A DNA stretch of 64,000 bases from an uncultured bacterium (GTDB lineage Bacteria > B130-G9). The first letter of the stretch is position 1. Each line of letters starts with the position of its first letter. Shown one piece after another: positions 1 through 9,127 of the stretch. The position numbers were made by a program, and so were the translations under genes. The notes beneath the pieces were generated by a model. It saw only the letters and a list, made by a program, of their open reading frames with translations. It did not search any database and had not been told where the DNA came from. The DNA lies in the NCBI GenBank assembly GCA_965372715.1, contig CBDVDH010000009.1:1-64000 (forward strand). Direction: 5' to 3'.

Positions 1-1
1 C

Positions 2-1126
2 CGTCAAAACGTCCGGACCGTATATTGTGACCGGCACCGGGTCCGCGGTATGCTCGCCGACCTCACAAGGGGTTGCGTGATCGGCGGCAAGTCCGACATA
101 GACGTTGTCGTCAATCTGGGACAGGAGAATACCAAGCATCTCGTCAATCTTCTCGATGAAGTGCATCTTGTCGAGCGGCCTATTGTCGTGCGAGAGGATA
201 TCGGTCCCCTTCACGTGAAGAACAACAAGATCGTGAACCTTCAGCGCCTCGGTTGCGTATCTAGCCTTCTCGTCGAGTATCGTATCGACGTTGGCCGTGA
301 AGCGAGGCGAGGTGAAGATGTCAAAGCCCGCCATCCTTGCCACGCCCACGACGGTGCTCTCTCCGGCGATGCAGGCGCCCTTGAGCCCAAATCGCTCCGT
401 GATGCTGCGCATTTTGAGCGCGCAGCCTGCGCCTCGGGTCAGAACGATATTGGCCGGCAGTTTGCCCTCGTGGGCACGGGCCTTGTTGATCGGATGATCC
501 TTTAGGATTTCGTGCGACCGCTCAACAAACCTGTTGACCGCGTCGGCTGTTCGCTGAGCCAGCTTCAATCCGGGCTCCGATGGCTCACATCTTCGCACCC
601 TCTCGCCCGCGTTGGACGGGCCGGGGTCGGTGTCCGAGACCTCGGGAGATAGCTTCTCGCCTCGCAAAACGAGGACGGCCCGATGCTCCGTTGCCTCCTT
701 GAAGACAACCTCAATGTCGTCTGAGACGTCAAGACCATCAAGGGCGCCAGCGAGCTTGCGGGTACCCTCCCTTATCCGACCAGCCCTCCTGTCAGTAACT
801 CTCATCTGATCATCGACAGTCGCAAAGTTGCAGCGAAGCGCAACGTCCTGAGGCACAAGCTTCATGTTGATCCCCATCGCCTCAATCGGCCCTCTTCCCC
901 AATAGGTTCTGAGCGGGTTGTAGCCGAAAAGAGCGAGGGTCCCCACGTCGGTCCCGACGCGAATCCCCGGCGCAAGCGGGTCAACGAGCCCGTTGACCGC
1001 ATTACGGGCCAGGTTGTCCATGTTCGGCGTGTTGGCAGCTTCAAGTGGCGTTCTGCGCCCCAGTCTGTAGATTGGGCGATCACCCAATCCGTCCTGGATA
1101 AGCATCAATCCCTTCGATTTTCTCAT
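2..1126 (-). CDS. apgM: 2,3-bisphosphoglycerate-independent phosphoglycerate mutase, archaeal type (3' end runs off the window)
   Basis: Absent from the ORF track (no stop in window). Manual translation from ATG 1126: MRKSKGLMLIQDGLGDRPI...TPLEAANTPNMD...GRGPIEAMG...RCNFATVD...DRRAGRI...ADHATPC...HTADPVP. SD GAGGTG lies upstream. Confidence 0.92.
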   Translation of the reverse strand, partial: MRKSKGLMLIQDGLGDRPIYRLGRRTPLEAANTPNMDNLARNAVNGLVDPLAPGIRVGTDVGTLALFGYNPLRTYWGRGPIEAMGINMKLVPQDVALRCNFATVDDQMRVTDRRAGRIREGTRKLAGALDGLDVSDDIEVVFKEATEHRAVLVLRGEKLSPEVSDTDPGPSNAGERVRRCEPSEPGLKLAQRTADAVNRFVERSHEILKDHPINKARAHEGKLPANIVLTRGAGCALKMRSITERFGLKGACIAGESTVVGVARMAGFDIFTSPRFTANVDTILDEKARYATEALKVHDLVVLHVKGTDILSHDNRPLDKMHFIEKIDEMLGILLSQIDDNVYVGLAADHATPCEVGEHTADPVPVTIYGPDVLT

Positions 1127-1223
1127 CGTAGTATCACCTCGTCCGACCCAGTGTGTCTTCTCGCTCTTGAGTCTATTCGAGAGCTCTCGGCAAATCATGA
1201 AGCCGAATCTGCTCTCTAGAATA

Positions 1224-1258
1224 ATGGGACAATAGAAAAGTATGGGACAATAGAAAAG
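1224..1258. repeat. Direct repeat ATGGGACAATAGAAAAG x2 (period 18) in the apgM/alr divergent region
   Basis: Exact 17-mer at 1224-1240 and 1242-1258. Confidence 0.9.
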
Positions 1259-1272
1259 GTCTTCCCTATCTT

Positions 1273-1301
1273 AGACTAGGGCTAGGCGCGGGCTACGTCA
1301 A
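1273..1301 (-). promoter_or_regulatory. Putative sigma70 promoter for apgM
   Basis: TTGACG-17nt-TAGTCT on the minus strand. Confidence 0.4.
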
Positions 1302-1350
1302 GAGAGCGATCCAAGGAGCTACTGAACGGGGAGACCGGCGGCGGCGAACC

Positions 1351-1378
1351 TTGACAGGGGATTGCGCAGCGTCATAAT
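1351..1378 (+). promoter_or_regulatory. Putative sigma70 promoter for the alr operon
   Basis: TTGACA-16nt-CATAAT. Confidence 0.5.
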
Positions 1379-1435
1379 TGCTGGGTTGGTGCTTGCTCAC
1401 GTTGTCTGCCTTGCTCTACTGGGGATTCGGAACAA

Positions 1436-2560
1436 TTGCACACGGTTACTAAAGCTTATGTGAACCTGGCTGCCCTAAGACACAATCTGTCTCAGGTGAG
1501 ACTCTTGGTTGGCGAGTCAGTTGAGATAATGCCCGTTGTGAAGGCAAATGCCTACGGTCACGGGGTGCAGGGCATCTGCAAGGCTCTCTCTGAGGAGGGA
1601 GTAGATGTCTTTGGTGTGGCAACAATTGACGAGGGAACGAGCGTAAAGGAGCTGCTCCCGAACGCGAAGGTTGTGCTTTTGGGCGGCTCTCTGCCCGAGC
1701 AATCGGCGGCCATCATTGAGGCCGGACTTCTGCCCGTGGTTTATGATCTCGATCAGGCTTATGCTTTGGACCGTGAGGCCAGACGGCTGGGTAAGGAGAT
1801 CCCCGTTCACCTCAAGATTGACACGGGCATGACCAGGCTCGGTGTGCGCTACGACGAGGGACTCGCATTCCTTTCGAGGCTCAGGACACTCACCCACGTG
1901 GGCGTGGTCGGGTTGATGACTCACCTCGCGACTGCGGACGCGCAGGATAGCAGCTTCACGATGCAGCAGCTCGATCGTTTCGATTCTTTCGTTTCCTCTT
2001 CTGGCCTTTCTGGTCAGGTTGTAGCACATGCCGCCAACAGCGCCGCCGTCATGAAGTACTCGCGGTCGCATTATGACATGGTTCGGCCCGGGCTCATGCT
2101 CTATGGACTATCACCTACAGGTGCAACGCCGCCCGGGCTCACTCTCAGGCCGGCCCTGAAACTCATTTCGAGAGTGGTGCGGATTGCGCGGTTGAGGCCG
2201 GGCGAATGCGTCGGGTATGGGCAGACGTTTGTGGCCGTTTCCGACATGCAAGTCGCGATCGTACCGATAGGCTATGCGGATGGCTATGACTACCGTCTCA
2301 CAGGTCAGGCGGAGGTTCTGGTCCGCGGCGTCCGGCGCCCCGTTGTTGGCGCGGTATCGATGGACATGATAGCGGTTGGCATCAGGGAATCGGGCGAGGT
2401 TTCAGTCGGCGACGAGGTGGTAGTCATCGGCGAACAGGGCGGCGAGAGCGTCACTGTGAAAGAGCTAGCCTTTCTCGCGCAGACGATACCCTATGAAATC
2501 CTCTGCGGCCTTTCGGAAAGGATCGACAGGGTTTACGTTGAACAGCCCTGGGATGAATAG
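1436..2560 (+). CDS. alr: Alanine racemase
   Basis: VVKANAYGHG PLP-lysine motif, HLKIDTGMTRLG, GYADG, TIPYEI. Confidence 0.97.
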   Translation: MHTVTKAYVNLAALRHNLSQVRLLVGESVEIMPVVKANAYGHGVQGICKALSEEGVDVFGVATIDEGTSVKELLPNAKVVLLGGSLPEQSAAIIEAGLLPVVYDLDQAYALDREARRLGKEIPVHLKIDTGMTRLGVRYDEGLAFLSRLRTLTHVGVVGLMTHLATADAQDSSFTMQQLDRFDSFVSSSGLSGQVVAHAANSAAVMKYSRSHYDMVRPGLMLYGLSPTGATPPGLTLRPALKLISRVVRIARLRPGECVGYGQTFVAVSDMQVAIVPIGYADGYDYRLTGQAEVLVRGVRRPVVGAVSMDMIAVGIRESGEVSVGDEVVVIGEQGGESVTVKELAFLAQTIPYEILCGLSERIDRVYVEQPWDE

Positions 2561-3152
2561 GCGGACTGTCCCGAAAGGCTCGGCCATTCCCCAAGGCGCC
2601 ATGATGCGACTCTCGATGCTGACAGTGCTGGCTGTCGCGTTTAGAGCCGTCGAAATCGTCATTCCCACACCGCTGCCATGGTTGAGACTTGGGCTCGCGA
2701 ACGTCGCCGTCTTGGTTGTTCTCGTGTCGTTCGGAGGAAGGGCTGCACTTCTCGTCAACCTGGCCAGAATAGTGCTTGCCTCAATCCTGATGGGAACATT
2801 TCTGTCGCCTGGGTTCTGGCTGAGCCTTTGCGCCGGAATCGTCGCCTGCATTTCGATGATAATTGTATGGTATTGTTTTCGACGATGGCTTTCATACATT
2901 GGGGTGAGTGTCGTAGGGGCCTATTCCCATACGATGTCGCAGTTCTTTGTAGCGTATCTGTTGTTCGTCAGGCACGCGGCGATACTGAGGCTGATGCCAT
3001 ATTTTCTGTTGATGTCCCTCCTCACAGGAGCCTTGACCGGGGCTGCGGCGACTGCGATGCTCTCGTGGGTGAGGCGGCACGGGCCGCTAGGGCCGCTAGC
3101 CGTCCAAGATGCTGGCGGAAGTATGAAGGATGAAGGCGGAAGACCGTTCTGA
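2553..3152 (+). CDS. Gx transporter family membrane protein (heptaprenyl diphosphate synthase component I-like)
   Basis: E.VIP.PLPWLRLGLANV motif, multi-TM, S.IGVSV.GA..H...Q. Start moved to ATG 2553, overlapping the alr stop. Confidence 0.8.
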   Translation: MNRRTVPKGSAIPQGAMMRLSMLTVLAVAFRAVEIVIPTPLPWLRLGLANVAVLVVLVSFGGRAALLVNLARIVLASILMGTFLSPGFWLSLCAGIVACISMIIVWYCFRRWLSYIGVSVVGAYSHTMSQFFVAYLLFVRHAAILRLMPYFLLMSLLTGALTGAAATAMLSWVRRHGPLGPLAVQDAGGSMKDEGGRPF

Positions 3153-3190
3153 TGAATTATTCATCCTTCATAACTCATCCTTCATCCTTC
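3114..3190. repeat. Inverted heptamer arrays (GGATGAA)n ... (TTCATCC)n
   Basis: ggcggaa-gtatgaa-ggatgaa-ggcggaa at 3114-3141, then ttcatcc-ttcataa-ctcatcc-ttcatcc at 3160-3187. Confidence 0.8.
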
Positions 3191-3210
3191 CAGAAATGTG
3201 AGGCGACCTG

Positions 3211-4329
3211 ATGCTGAGGGTTCTTCAGATTTACAAGGACTACTGTCCCCCAGTATTCGGCGGGATCGAGAAGCATCTTTCGCTTCTCTGCAATAGGCTG
3301 TCGTCCGTCTCGGACGTGGATGTGCTGGTCGCAAATCGGCGCTTGCGAGCCGAGCAGGACCTCATAGACGGCATCAAGGTCACTAAGGCGGGAACCCTGG
3401 GGCGGTTCTTCTCAGCGCCGCTTTCGCCGCTTTTTGGCTATTATCTGGGCCGAGAACGATACGACGTGCTTCATTTCCACCTCCCGAATCCGACCGCGGT
3501 TCTCTCCTACATGCTCGTGCGGCCGTCCGGCAGAACTGTCGTTACGTGGCACAGCGACATAGTTCGTCAGGCGAGGTTTCTCCCGCTCTACCGACCGTTT
3601 TTGCTCAGATTCCTAAACCAGTGTGACGTGATCCTGCCGACCTCAGAGCGTTACGCTCGCTCGTCGCCGTTCTTGTGTCGCTTCCTGCCCAAGTGTCATC
3701 CAATCCCGCTTGGAATCGATGTGTCTCAGTTTTCTCCGACCGTGAGGGTCGCTGAGAGGGCCTTGGATCTGCGATCGCGCTTTGGCGACAGGATCGTCCT
3801 GTTCGTCGGCATATTGCGCTATTACAAGGGGCTCAAGTTCCTCATTGACGCGATGCAGAATCTCGACGCCAGGCTCGTCATAGTCGGCGAGGGACCGATG
3901 CGAGAGGAGCTCGAAAGCTACTGCGGCGCGAGGCGATTGAAGCACAAGGTCTTCTTTGCTGGCGCGGTTGACGAGGAGGCTCTGCCGGCCTACTACCATA
4001 GCTGCGACGTATTCTGCCTTCCTTCGATCTATAGGAGCGAGGCGTTCGGCGTGTCCCAGCTCGAGGCGATGGCTTGCAGTAAGCCGGTCGTGAGCTGCGC
4101 ATTAGATTCAGGGGTGCCGTTGGTCAATCTCGACGGCAAGACAGGGCTCATTGTACCGCCGATGGATTCCGACGCGTTGTCCAAAGCTATCAGCCGGCTC
4201 TTGTCGGACAAAGCGCTTGCCGCACGGCTCGGCAAATGCGCGAGAGAACGGGTTCTAAGCGGGTTTACCGCTGACCAGATGGCGCAGTCTGTGCTTGCGG
4301 TTTACAGGCGCCTCGTGTGGACAAAGTAA
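3211..4329 (+). CDS. Glycosyltransferase family 4 (GT-B)
   Basis: PP.FGGIE N-terminus, HFHLPNP, EAFGVSQLEAMA (EX7E) motif. Confidence 0.93.
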   Translation: MLRVLQIYKDYCPPVFGGIEKHLSLLCNRLSSVSDVDVLVANRRLRAEQDLIDGIKVTKAGTLGRFFSAPLSPLFGYYLGRERYDVLHFHLPNPTAVLSYMLVRPSGRTVVTWHSDIVRQARFLPLYRPFLLRFLNQCDVILPTSERYARSSPFLCRFLPKCHPIPLGIDVSQFSPTVRVAERALDLRSRFGDRIVLFVGILRYYKGLKFLIDAMQNLDARLVIVGEGPMREELESYCGARRLKHKVFFAGAVDEEALPAYYHSCDVFCLPSIYRSEAFGVSQLEAMACSKPVVSCALDSGVPLVNLDGKTGLIVPPMDSDALSKAISRLLSDKALAARLGKCARERVLSGFTADQMAQSVLAVYRRLVWTK

Positions 4330-4345
4330 CCAGGGGCAGGGCCTA

Positions 4346-4900
4346 ATGCCGAACGCCGCGAAGGCGACTCATAGTGTTCTTGCTTACGGCGTCCTCGTCG
4401 TCTCAGCGATCACCATTCAAACGACCATATTGCATTTCTGGCCGTTTCAGATGCTCTTCGTTGATTTGGGGTTGATAGTGGTGATCTGGACGGGTCTCGC
4501 CAGAGGGGCACGGTCCGGAATGACTATCGGTTTTGTAGTGGGCCTTATCGAGGATTCACTTTCTGGCGCCGCACTTGGGACAAACGCTCTTGCAAAGACA
4601 TTGGTCGGCGTGTTTTGCGGTGTCTTGGGCAGAAAGGTCCTTCCCAACAGCCCCATCGCGCATCTGTTGGCGTTGCTGGTCTGTTCACTTCTCAACCACG
4701 TCCTTCTGTATCTACTGCAAATGCTTACAGCTCCGGCGAGCCTGAAGTCGGGGCGATTCGCCATGCTGATGTTGGCCGGGGTTCTTTCTACGACGGTGCT
4801 CGGGATGATTGTCTTCAGATTCTTTTCCAAGAACAGGTTCTTCAAGCCTCCGCGCGTTCCCGACGAAGTAATAGAGCGGGGGCATCAGAGTGCCGGTTGA
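4346..4900 (+). CDS. mreD: Rod shape-determining protein MreD
   Basis: Five-TM protein with DL.LI.V...G....G...GF..GL.ED..SG..LG..AL pattern, directly upstream of PBP2. Confidence 0.85.
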   Translation: MPNAAKATHSVLAYGVLVVSAITIQTTILHFWPFQMLFVDLGLIVVIWTGLARGARSGMTIGFVVGLIEDSLSGAALGTNALAKTLVGVFCGVLGRKVLPNSPIAHLLALLVCSLLNHVLLYLLQMLTAPASLKSGRFAMLMLAGVLSTTVLGMIVFRFFSKNRFFKPPRVPDEVIERGHQSAG

Positions 4901-6710
4901 TTTTGGTGAGGACGAGAACCTTCTGAACCAGCTGCGAAAGAAGGCGCGGTTTGTTTTCATCGCGTTCATGGTCTTCGCGACCATCATAGTCGGCAGACTG
5001 TGGTTCCTTCAGGTTTTGAGGGCGGACTACTACACGGAGCTGTGCGAACAGAATAGAATCCGCATTGTCATAGATGAGGCGCCCAGGGGAGTGATTTTCG
5101 ATAGGGAGAATCGGAAGCTGGTCGGGAATCGGCCCTCGTACGAGGTCTTAGTCGATAGAGGGAATCGCTCGGCGTTTGCAAGCCTCAATCGGTTCTCGCG
5201 AATGGCGGGGATACCTGAGGCGAGGATAGACCGGGTCTCTCGAGTGAAGAACAGCGGCCGGACGGCAAGCGCTATTCGGGACATTGGCTTCGAGGCGCTC
5301 TCCATTCTTGAAGAGCGTCGGGTCGATCTTCCTGGCCTTGAGGTAGCCATTCGGCCGAAACGACGATACCTAGAGCCGACGTTCGCATGTCATGTCATAG
5401 GATACTTGGGTGAGGCAACCAAGGGCGAGATAGATCGCTCCGAGGGCCGAATGAGGCCCGGCGACAGGATGGGACGTTCGGGCGTTGAGCTGCTTCTGGA
5501 CGAGTATCTGAGGGGTTCTGACGGCAGGCGCCTCGTCGAGACGAACGCAATGGGTCGCATACTGCGGACGCTAAGGCGGGCGGAGACCCCAGTTCCGGGG
5601 GACAACGTTGTGCTGACCTTGGACCTGGGCCTTCAGTCGGCGATTGAGGAGTTCTTTGACGTCAGAAAGGGCGCTGTAGTCGTGATGGCGCCCGAATCGG
5701 GAGGGATTCTGGCTATGGTGTCCAGGCCCGCTTATGACCTCGACGCTTTCCAGGGCGAAGTATCAGCGGCGGACTGGAAGAAGCTGAAAGATGATCCCGA
5801 TACCGCCATGAACAACAGGTGCGTTGCGGGTCAGTATCCACCGGGCTCCACGTTCAAGGTATTCGTGGCCCTCGCAGCTCTTCAGTCGGGCGCTATCACG
5901 ATCGACGAGCAGTTGGATTGTGCTGGCGTTATGAAGCTGGGTAACACGGAGTTTCATTGCTGGAAGGAGGCGGGACACGGCGAGCTCTCGGTTGGGCCCG
6001 CTATCGTTCATTCCTGTAATATCTTCTTCTACCGAGTAGGGCTGGCCTGCGGGCTAGGCCCCATTGCCTATATGGCGAGGCAGTTTGGTCTGGGAACGCC
6101 TACCGGCTTCGACGTTCGGCGTGAGACGCCGGGCCACATTCCAACCGGCCAAGATTTCCCTGATTATTGGCCTGGCGACGTTGCTTCGGTCTCTATCGGG
6201 CAGAGCAGGATTCTGGTCACTCCCCTCCAAATGGCCGTTGCGTTCAGCGCTCTCGTGAACGGCGGGAGGCTGCTCAGGCCGTTTATTGTCTCCCGCGTGG
6301 TGACCCCGGAAGGAGAGGAGCTCAGAAGGTCTCGTACTGGAGTGAAGGGGCAGGTCTCCGTTGCTCCGGAACACATCAGGGCCGTTCGTGAGGCGCTACT
6401 TGGCGTCGTCAACCAAAAGGGCGGGACAGGATGGCGAGCCAGGGTGGAGTTCCCTAAGGTGGCGGGAAAAACGGGCACGGCTCAGGTGGTGCAGCGGATA
6501 GATGACGAGGAGACAACCTTGGAGGACATTCCTTATGAGCGGCGTGGTCACTCGTGGTTCGCCGGATACGCGCCCGCCGATAATCCGGAGATGGTTTTCG
6601 TTGTTCTGGTTGAGCACGGTGGCGCCGGTGGTCACGCTGCCGCGACGTTCGCCAGAAGAATCGTTGAGGCGGCGTTTCCCAAGCATGATCTCAAGGATGA
6701 GCTAAGATGA
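4890..6710 (+). CDS. mrdA: Penicillin-binding protein 2
   Basis: N-terminal TM anchor, APRG..DR, PPGSTFK (SxxK), SCN (SxN), KTGT motifs; next to rodA. Confidence 0.96.
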   Translation: MPVDFGEDENLLNQLRKKARFVFIAFMVFATIIVGRLWFLQVLRADYYTELCEQNRIRIVIDEAPRGVIFDRENRKLVGNRPSYEVLVDRGNRSAFASLNRFSRMAGIPEARIDRVSRVKNSGRTASAIRDIGFEALSILEERRVDLPGLEVAIRPKRRYLEPTFACHVIGYLGEATKGEIDRSEGRMRPGDRMGRSGVELLLDEYLRGSDGRRLVETNAMGRILRTLRRAETPVPGDNVVLTLDLGLQSAIEEFFDVRKGAVVVMAPESGGILAMVSRPAYDLDAFQGEVSAADWKKLKDDPDTAMNNRCVAGQYPPGSTFKVFVALAALQSGAITIDEQLDCAGVMKLGNTEFHCWKEAGHGELSVGPAIVHSCNIFFYRVGLACGLGPIAYMARQFGLGTPTGFDVRRETPGHIPTGQDFPDYWPGDVASVSIGQSRILVTPLQMAVAFSALVNGGRLLRPFIVSRVVTPEGEELRRSRTGVKGQVSVAPEHIRAVREALLGVVNQKGGTGWRARVEFPKVAGKTGTAQVVQRIDDEETTLEDIPYERRGHSWFAGYAPADNPEMVFVVLVEHGGAGGHAAATFARRIVEAAFPKHDLKDELR

Positions 6711-6778
6711 AATCAGAACGGAGAAGTCCGAGACCTCGCGCCACGGGAATGCGGCCCCAGCCACCCTGTTACACTCAG

Positions 6779-6831
6779 AACTTCCAACTTGGAACCTGCA
6801 GCTTGGAACCTGCAACTTGGAACTTGGAACT
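6779..6831. repeat. Degenerate heptamer tandem repeat (AACTTGG/AACCTGC)n just upstream of rodA
   Basis: aacttcc aacttgg aacctgc agcttgg aacctgc aacttgg aacttgg aact. Confidence 0.85.
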
Positions 6832-6833
6832 AA

Positions 6834-7928
6834 ATGCTAGATAGACGCCTAATCCAAAACGTAAACTGGTGGCTGATCCTGGTCGCAGTAGTGCTGTCCC
6901 TCATCGGGCTTGCGACGATTTACGCCGCGACATACACGACACAGGGGCAGGCCGGCGGGGCTTACAAGAGCCAACTGAGGTGGCTCGCGCTCGGCCTCGT
7001 GGCCATGTCGGTCATAATGTCCCTAGACTATAATCGCCTTGTGAAGACTGCATGTCTGACTCATTTTATCGCGGTTCTCGTTCTTTTTGGGGTCCTTCTG
7101 ATCGCGGAGCCAATCGCGGGCGCCAAGCGTTGGCTCGTCATTGGGCCCTTGAGGTTTCAACCCTCGGAGCTGGCAAAGGTCACCGCTGTGCTCGCGCTCG
7201 TGCGCCTATTCTCCTCGGAGCGGCTTCGCGAGCGGCCCTGGCTCCAGATACTTGGCGCGCTCGTGATCGTCGGTGTTCCCGCCGCACTGATTGTCAAGCA
7301 GCCCGATTTTGGCACAGCTGTGACGTTGGTCATCCCGTTCGTTGTGCTGACGTTTGTAGCGCAGCGCCGGCTCTGGCCAATGGTTCTGACTGTTCTAGTT
7401 GGCTTGCTGTCCACCATACCGGGCTGGTTTTTTCTGAAGGGCTATCAGCGTCGCAGGCTCATCGCGTTCATCGACCCTGCCTATGACGAGCTTGGCTCCG
7501 GCTACCAAGCCATACAGTCCAAGATCGCGGTGGGCTCGGGAGGCGTTGTTGGCAAGGGATTCTGCAAGAGTACGCAGGTGCGGCTACATTTCTTGCCGGC
7601 CCAGCACACCGATTTCGTCTTCTCGGTTCACGCCGAGGAGCAGGGATTTCTGGGCTCGATCCTTGTGATCCTCATCTTCACGCTCCTTCTGGCAATAGCA
7701 TTCTCCATAGCGGTGCGCGCCAAGGACCGGACCGGCCTGCTGCTGGTGGTCGGCTGCACATCGCTGATCGCGGGTCAATTCCTGATAAATGTAGCGATGG
7801 TGATAGGGTTTCTTCCAATAACGGGCCTGCCGCTGCCCTTTGTGAGCTACGGCGGCTCCTCGCTTGTTGCGCTCTTCATCATGTTGGGCCTTCTCCAAAG
7901 CGTCCAAATGCGCAGATTCGCGTTCTGA
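6834..7928 (+). CDS. rodA: Peptidoglycan glycosyltransferase RodA (SEDS)
   Basis: GAKRW, FQPSELAK, QPDFGT, GYQ..QS..A.GSGG, HTDFVF, LPFVSYGGSS. Confidence 0.97.
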   Translation: MLDRRLIQNVNWWLILVAVVLSLIGLATIYAATYTTQGQAGGAYKSQLRWLALGLVAMSVIMSLDYNRLVKTACLTHFIAVLVLFGVLLIAEPIAGAKRWLVIGPLRFQPSELAKVTAVLALVRLFSSERLRERPWLQILGALVIVGVPAALIVKQPDFGTAVTLVIPFVVLTFVAQRRLWPMVLTVLVGLLSTIPGWFFLKGYQRRRLIAFIDPAYDELGSGYQAIQSKIAVGSGGVVGKGFCKSTQVRLHFLPAQHTDFVFSVHAEEQGFLGSILVILIFTLLLAIAFSIAVRAKDRTGLLLVVGCTSLIAGQFLINVAMVIGFLPITGLPLPFVSYGGSSLVALFIMLGLLQSVQMRRFAF

Positions 7929-7970
7929 TGTGCCCAGAGCGGGCAGTCCCGCGATCGGTCAAACCTGCTG

Positions 7971-8468
7971 CTAACGGGGCGAGATCTCCCTGTCGTCCTG
8001 CTCGACTTTCTTGGCGAGTTCGGCCCTGAAATCGGCGTATCTTCTCGCAAGCGCGTCGTCAGAAAGCGCGAGAATCTCGACCGCGAGCAGCGCGGCGTTC
8101 CTGGCCCCAGCTTTTCCGATGGTGACGGTCGCGACGGGCACGCCAGACGGCATCTGAACCGTTGAGAGGAGCGAGTCGAGCCCCCCGAGGTCAGAGGTCC
8201 CGGCGGGGACGCCTACGACAGGGAGCGAGGTGTTTGCGGCGATGACGCCCGCCAGGTGTGCGGCCTTTCCTGCTATGGCGATTATGACCTTCAGGCCCCG
8301 ATCCTTCGCACTGGACGCGTACTCCAGTGCCGTCTGCGGAGTTCTGTGCGCAGAAATGACCCGCTTCTCATGCGGCACTTCCAGTTCCAGAAGCGTCCGC
8401 GACGCCTCGTCAATCAACTCGGTGTTGGACCTGCTGCCAGCGACTATCGCAACGAGCGGTTCAGTCAA
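7971..8468 (-). CDS. purE: N5-CAIR mutase
   Basis: SAHRTP, AGKAAHLAG, GLDSLLSTVQMPSGVPVATV. Confidence 0.96.
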   Translation of the reverse strand: MTEPLVAIVAGSRSNTELIDEASRTLLELEVPHEKRVISAHRTPQTALEYASSAKDRGLKVIIAIAGKAAHLAGVIAANTSLPVVGVPAGTSDLGGLDSLLSTVQMPSGVPVATVTIGKAGARNAALLAVEILALSDDALARRYADFRAELAKKVEQDDREISPR

Positions 8469-8538
8469 TTCGGTCTCCCTTGCTCGGTGTCATTCGAGGG
8501 CGTTGGAATAGGCCGGTACGGGGGCCTGTCCTCAATCT

Positions 8539-8599
8539 TGTAGGGGCGGTGCTTGCCCCGCCCTAAAGGCAAAAGGGTGCAGCAAGCAGCACCCCTACA
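8539..8599. repeat. GTAG-type REP doublet (REPIN-like)
   Basis: TGTAGGGGCGGTGCTTGCCCCGCCCT (8539-8564) and inverted copy TGTAGGGGTGCTGCTTGCTGCACCCT (8599-8574). Confidence 0.85.
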
Positions 8600-8677
8600 C
8601 GCGACTGTCCGCGGACTTATGTCCCAGCCTCCAAGCACCGCCCCAACGCGGCTTCTCCGTCTTTTCATGGCCTCGTC

Positions 8678-9127
8678 TTACGCGATTTCGACAGGGACAA
8701 CACATTTCTTCCGCCGCCGCTCCTCGATCTTGGGTAGCTCGACTCTGATCAGGCCATCTGAGTAGCGCGCCTTCGCCTCATGGAACTGGACGGGACAAGG
8801 GATCATCACCTTGATCTCGAACTTCCCGAAACACCGCTCAAAAGCGTGGAACATCGCGTCACCGGACGGCGGATAGTTCGCCTCCTTGACGCCTTCCACA
8901 TATATAGCGCCTCGCAAGCCATAGACCTGGATGGATGAGGCGCACACTCCGGGCAGTTCAACGACTATTGTCAACGCCTTTCGAGTCTCATACACATCGA
9001 CCGAGGGCTGGAAACGTTCCTTTTCAAGTGGTATATCCCAGCCATGAGCGGTAACTCGCTGTATTAACCTGTTGAGCTGGTCCTGGATACGCTCGACCTC
9101 GGCCGAGATATCAAACTCAATTTGCAA
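8678..9127 (-). CDS. Hsp20/alpha-crystallin family small heat-shock protein
   Basis: P.VDVYET....IVVELPGV, ER.FG.F, A.Y.DG...V.LPK. Confidence 0.9.
   Translation of the reverse strand: MQIEFDISAEVERIQDQLNRLIQRVTAHGWDIPLEKERFQPSVDVYETRKALTIVVELPGVCASSIQVYGLRGAIYVEGVKEANYPPSGDAMFHAFERCFGKFEIKVMIPCPVQFHEAKARYSDGLIRVELPKIEERRRKKCVVPVEIA

Noticed and set aside
50-1083. ORF-track calls 50-505, 291-497, 612-809, 862-1083
   Set aside because: Shadows of the minus-strand apgM gene, which the track missed because it has no stop within the window.
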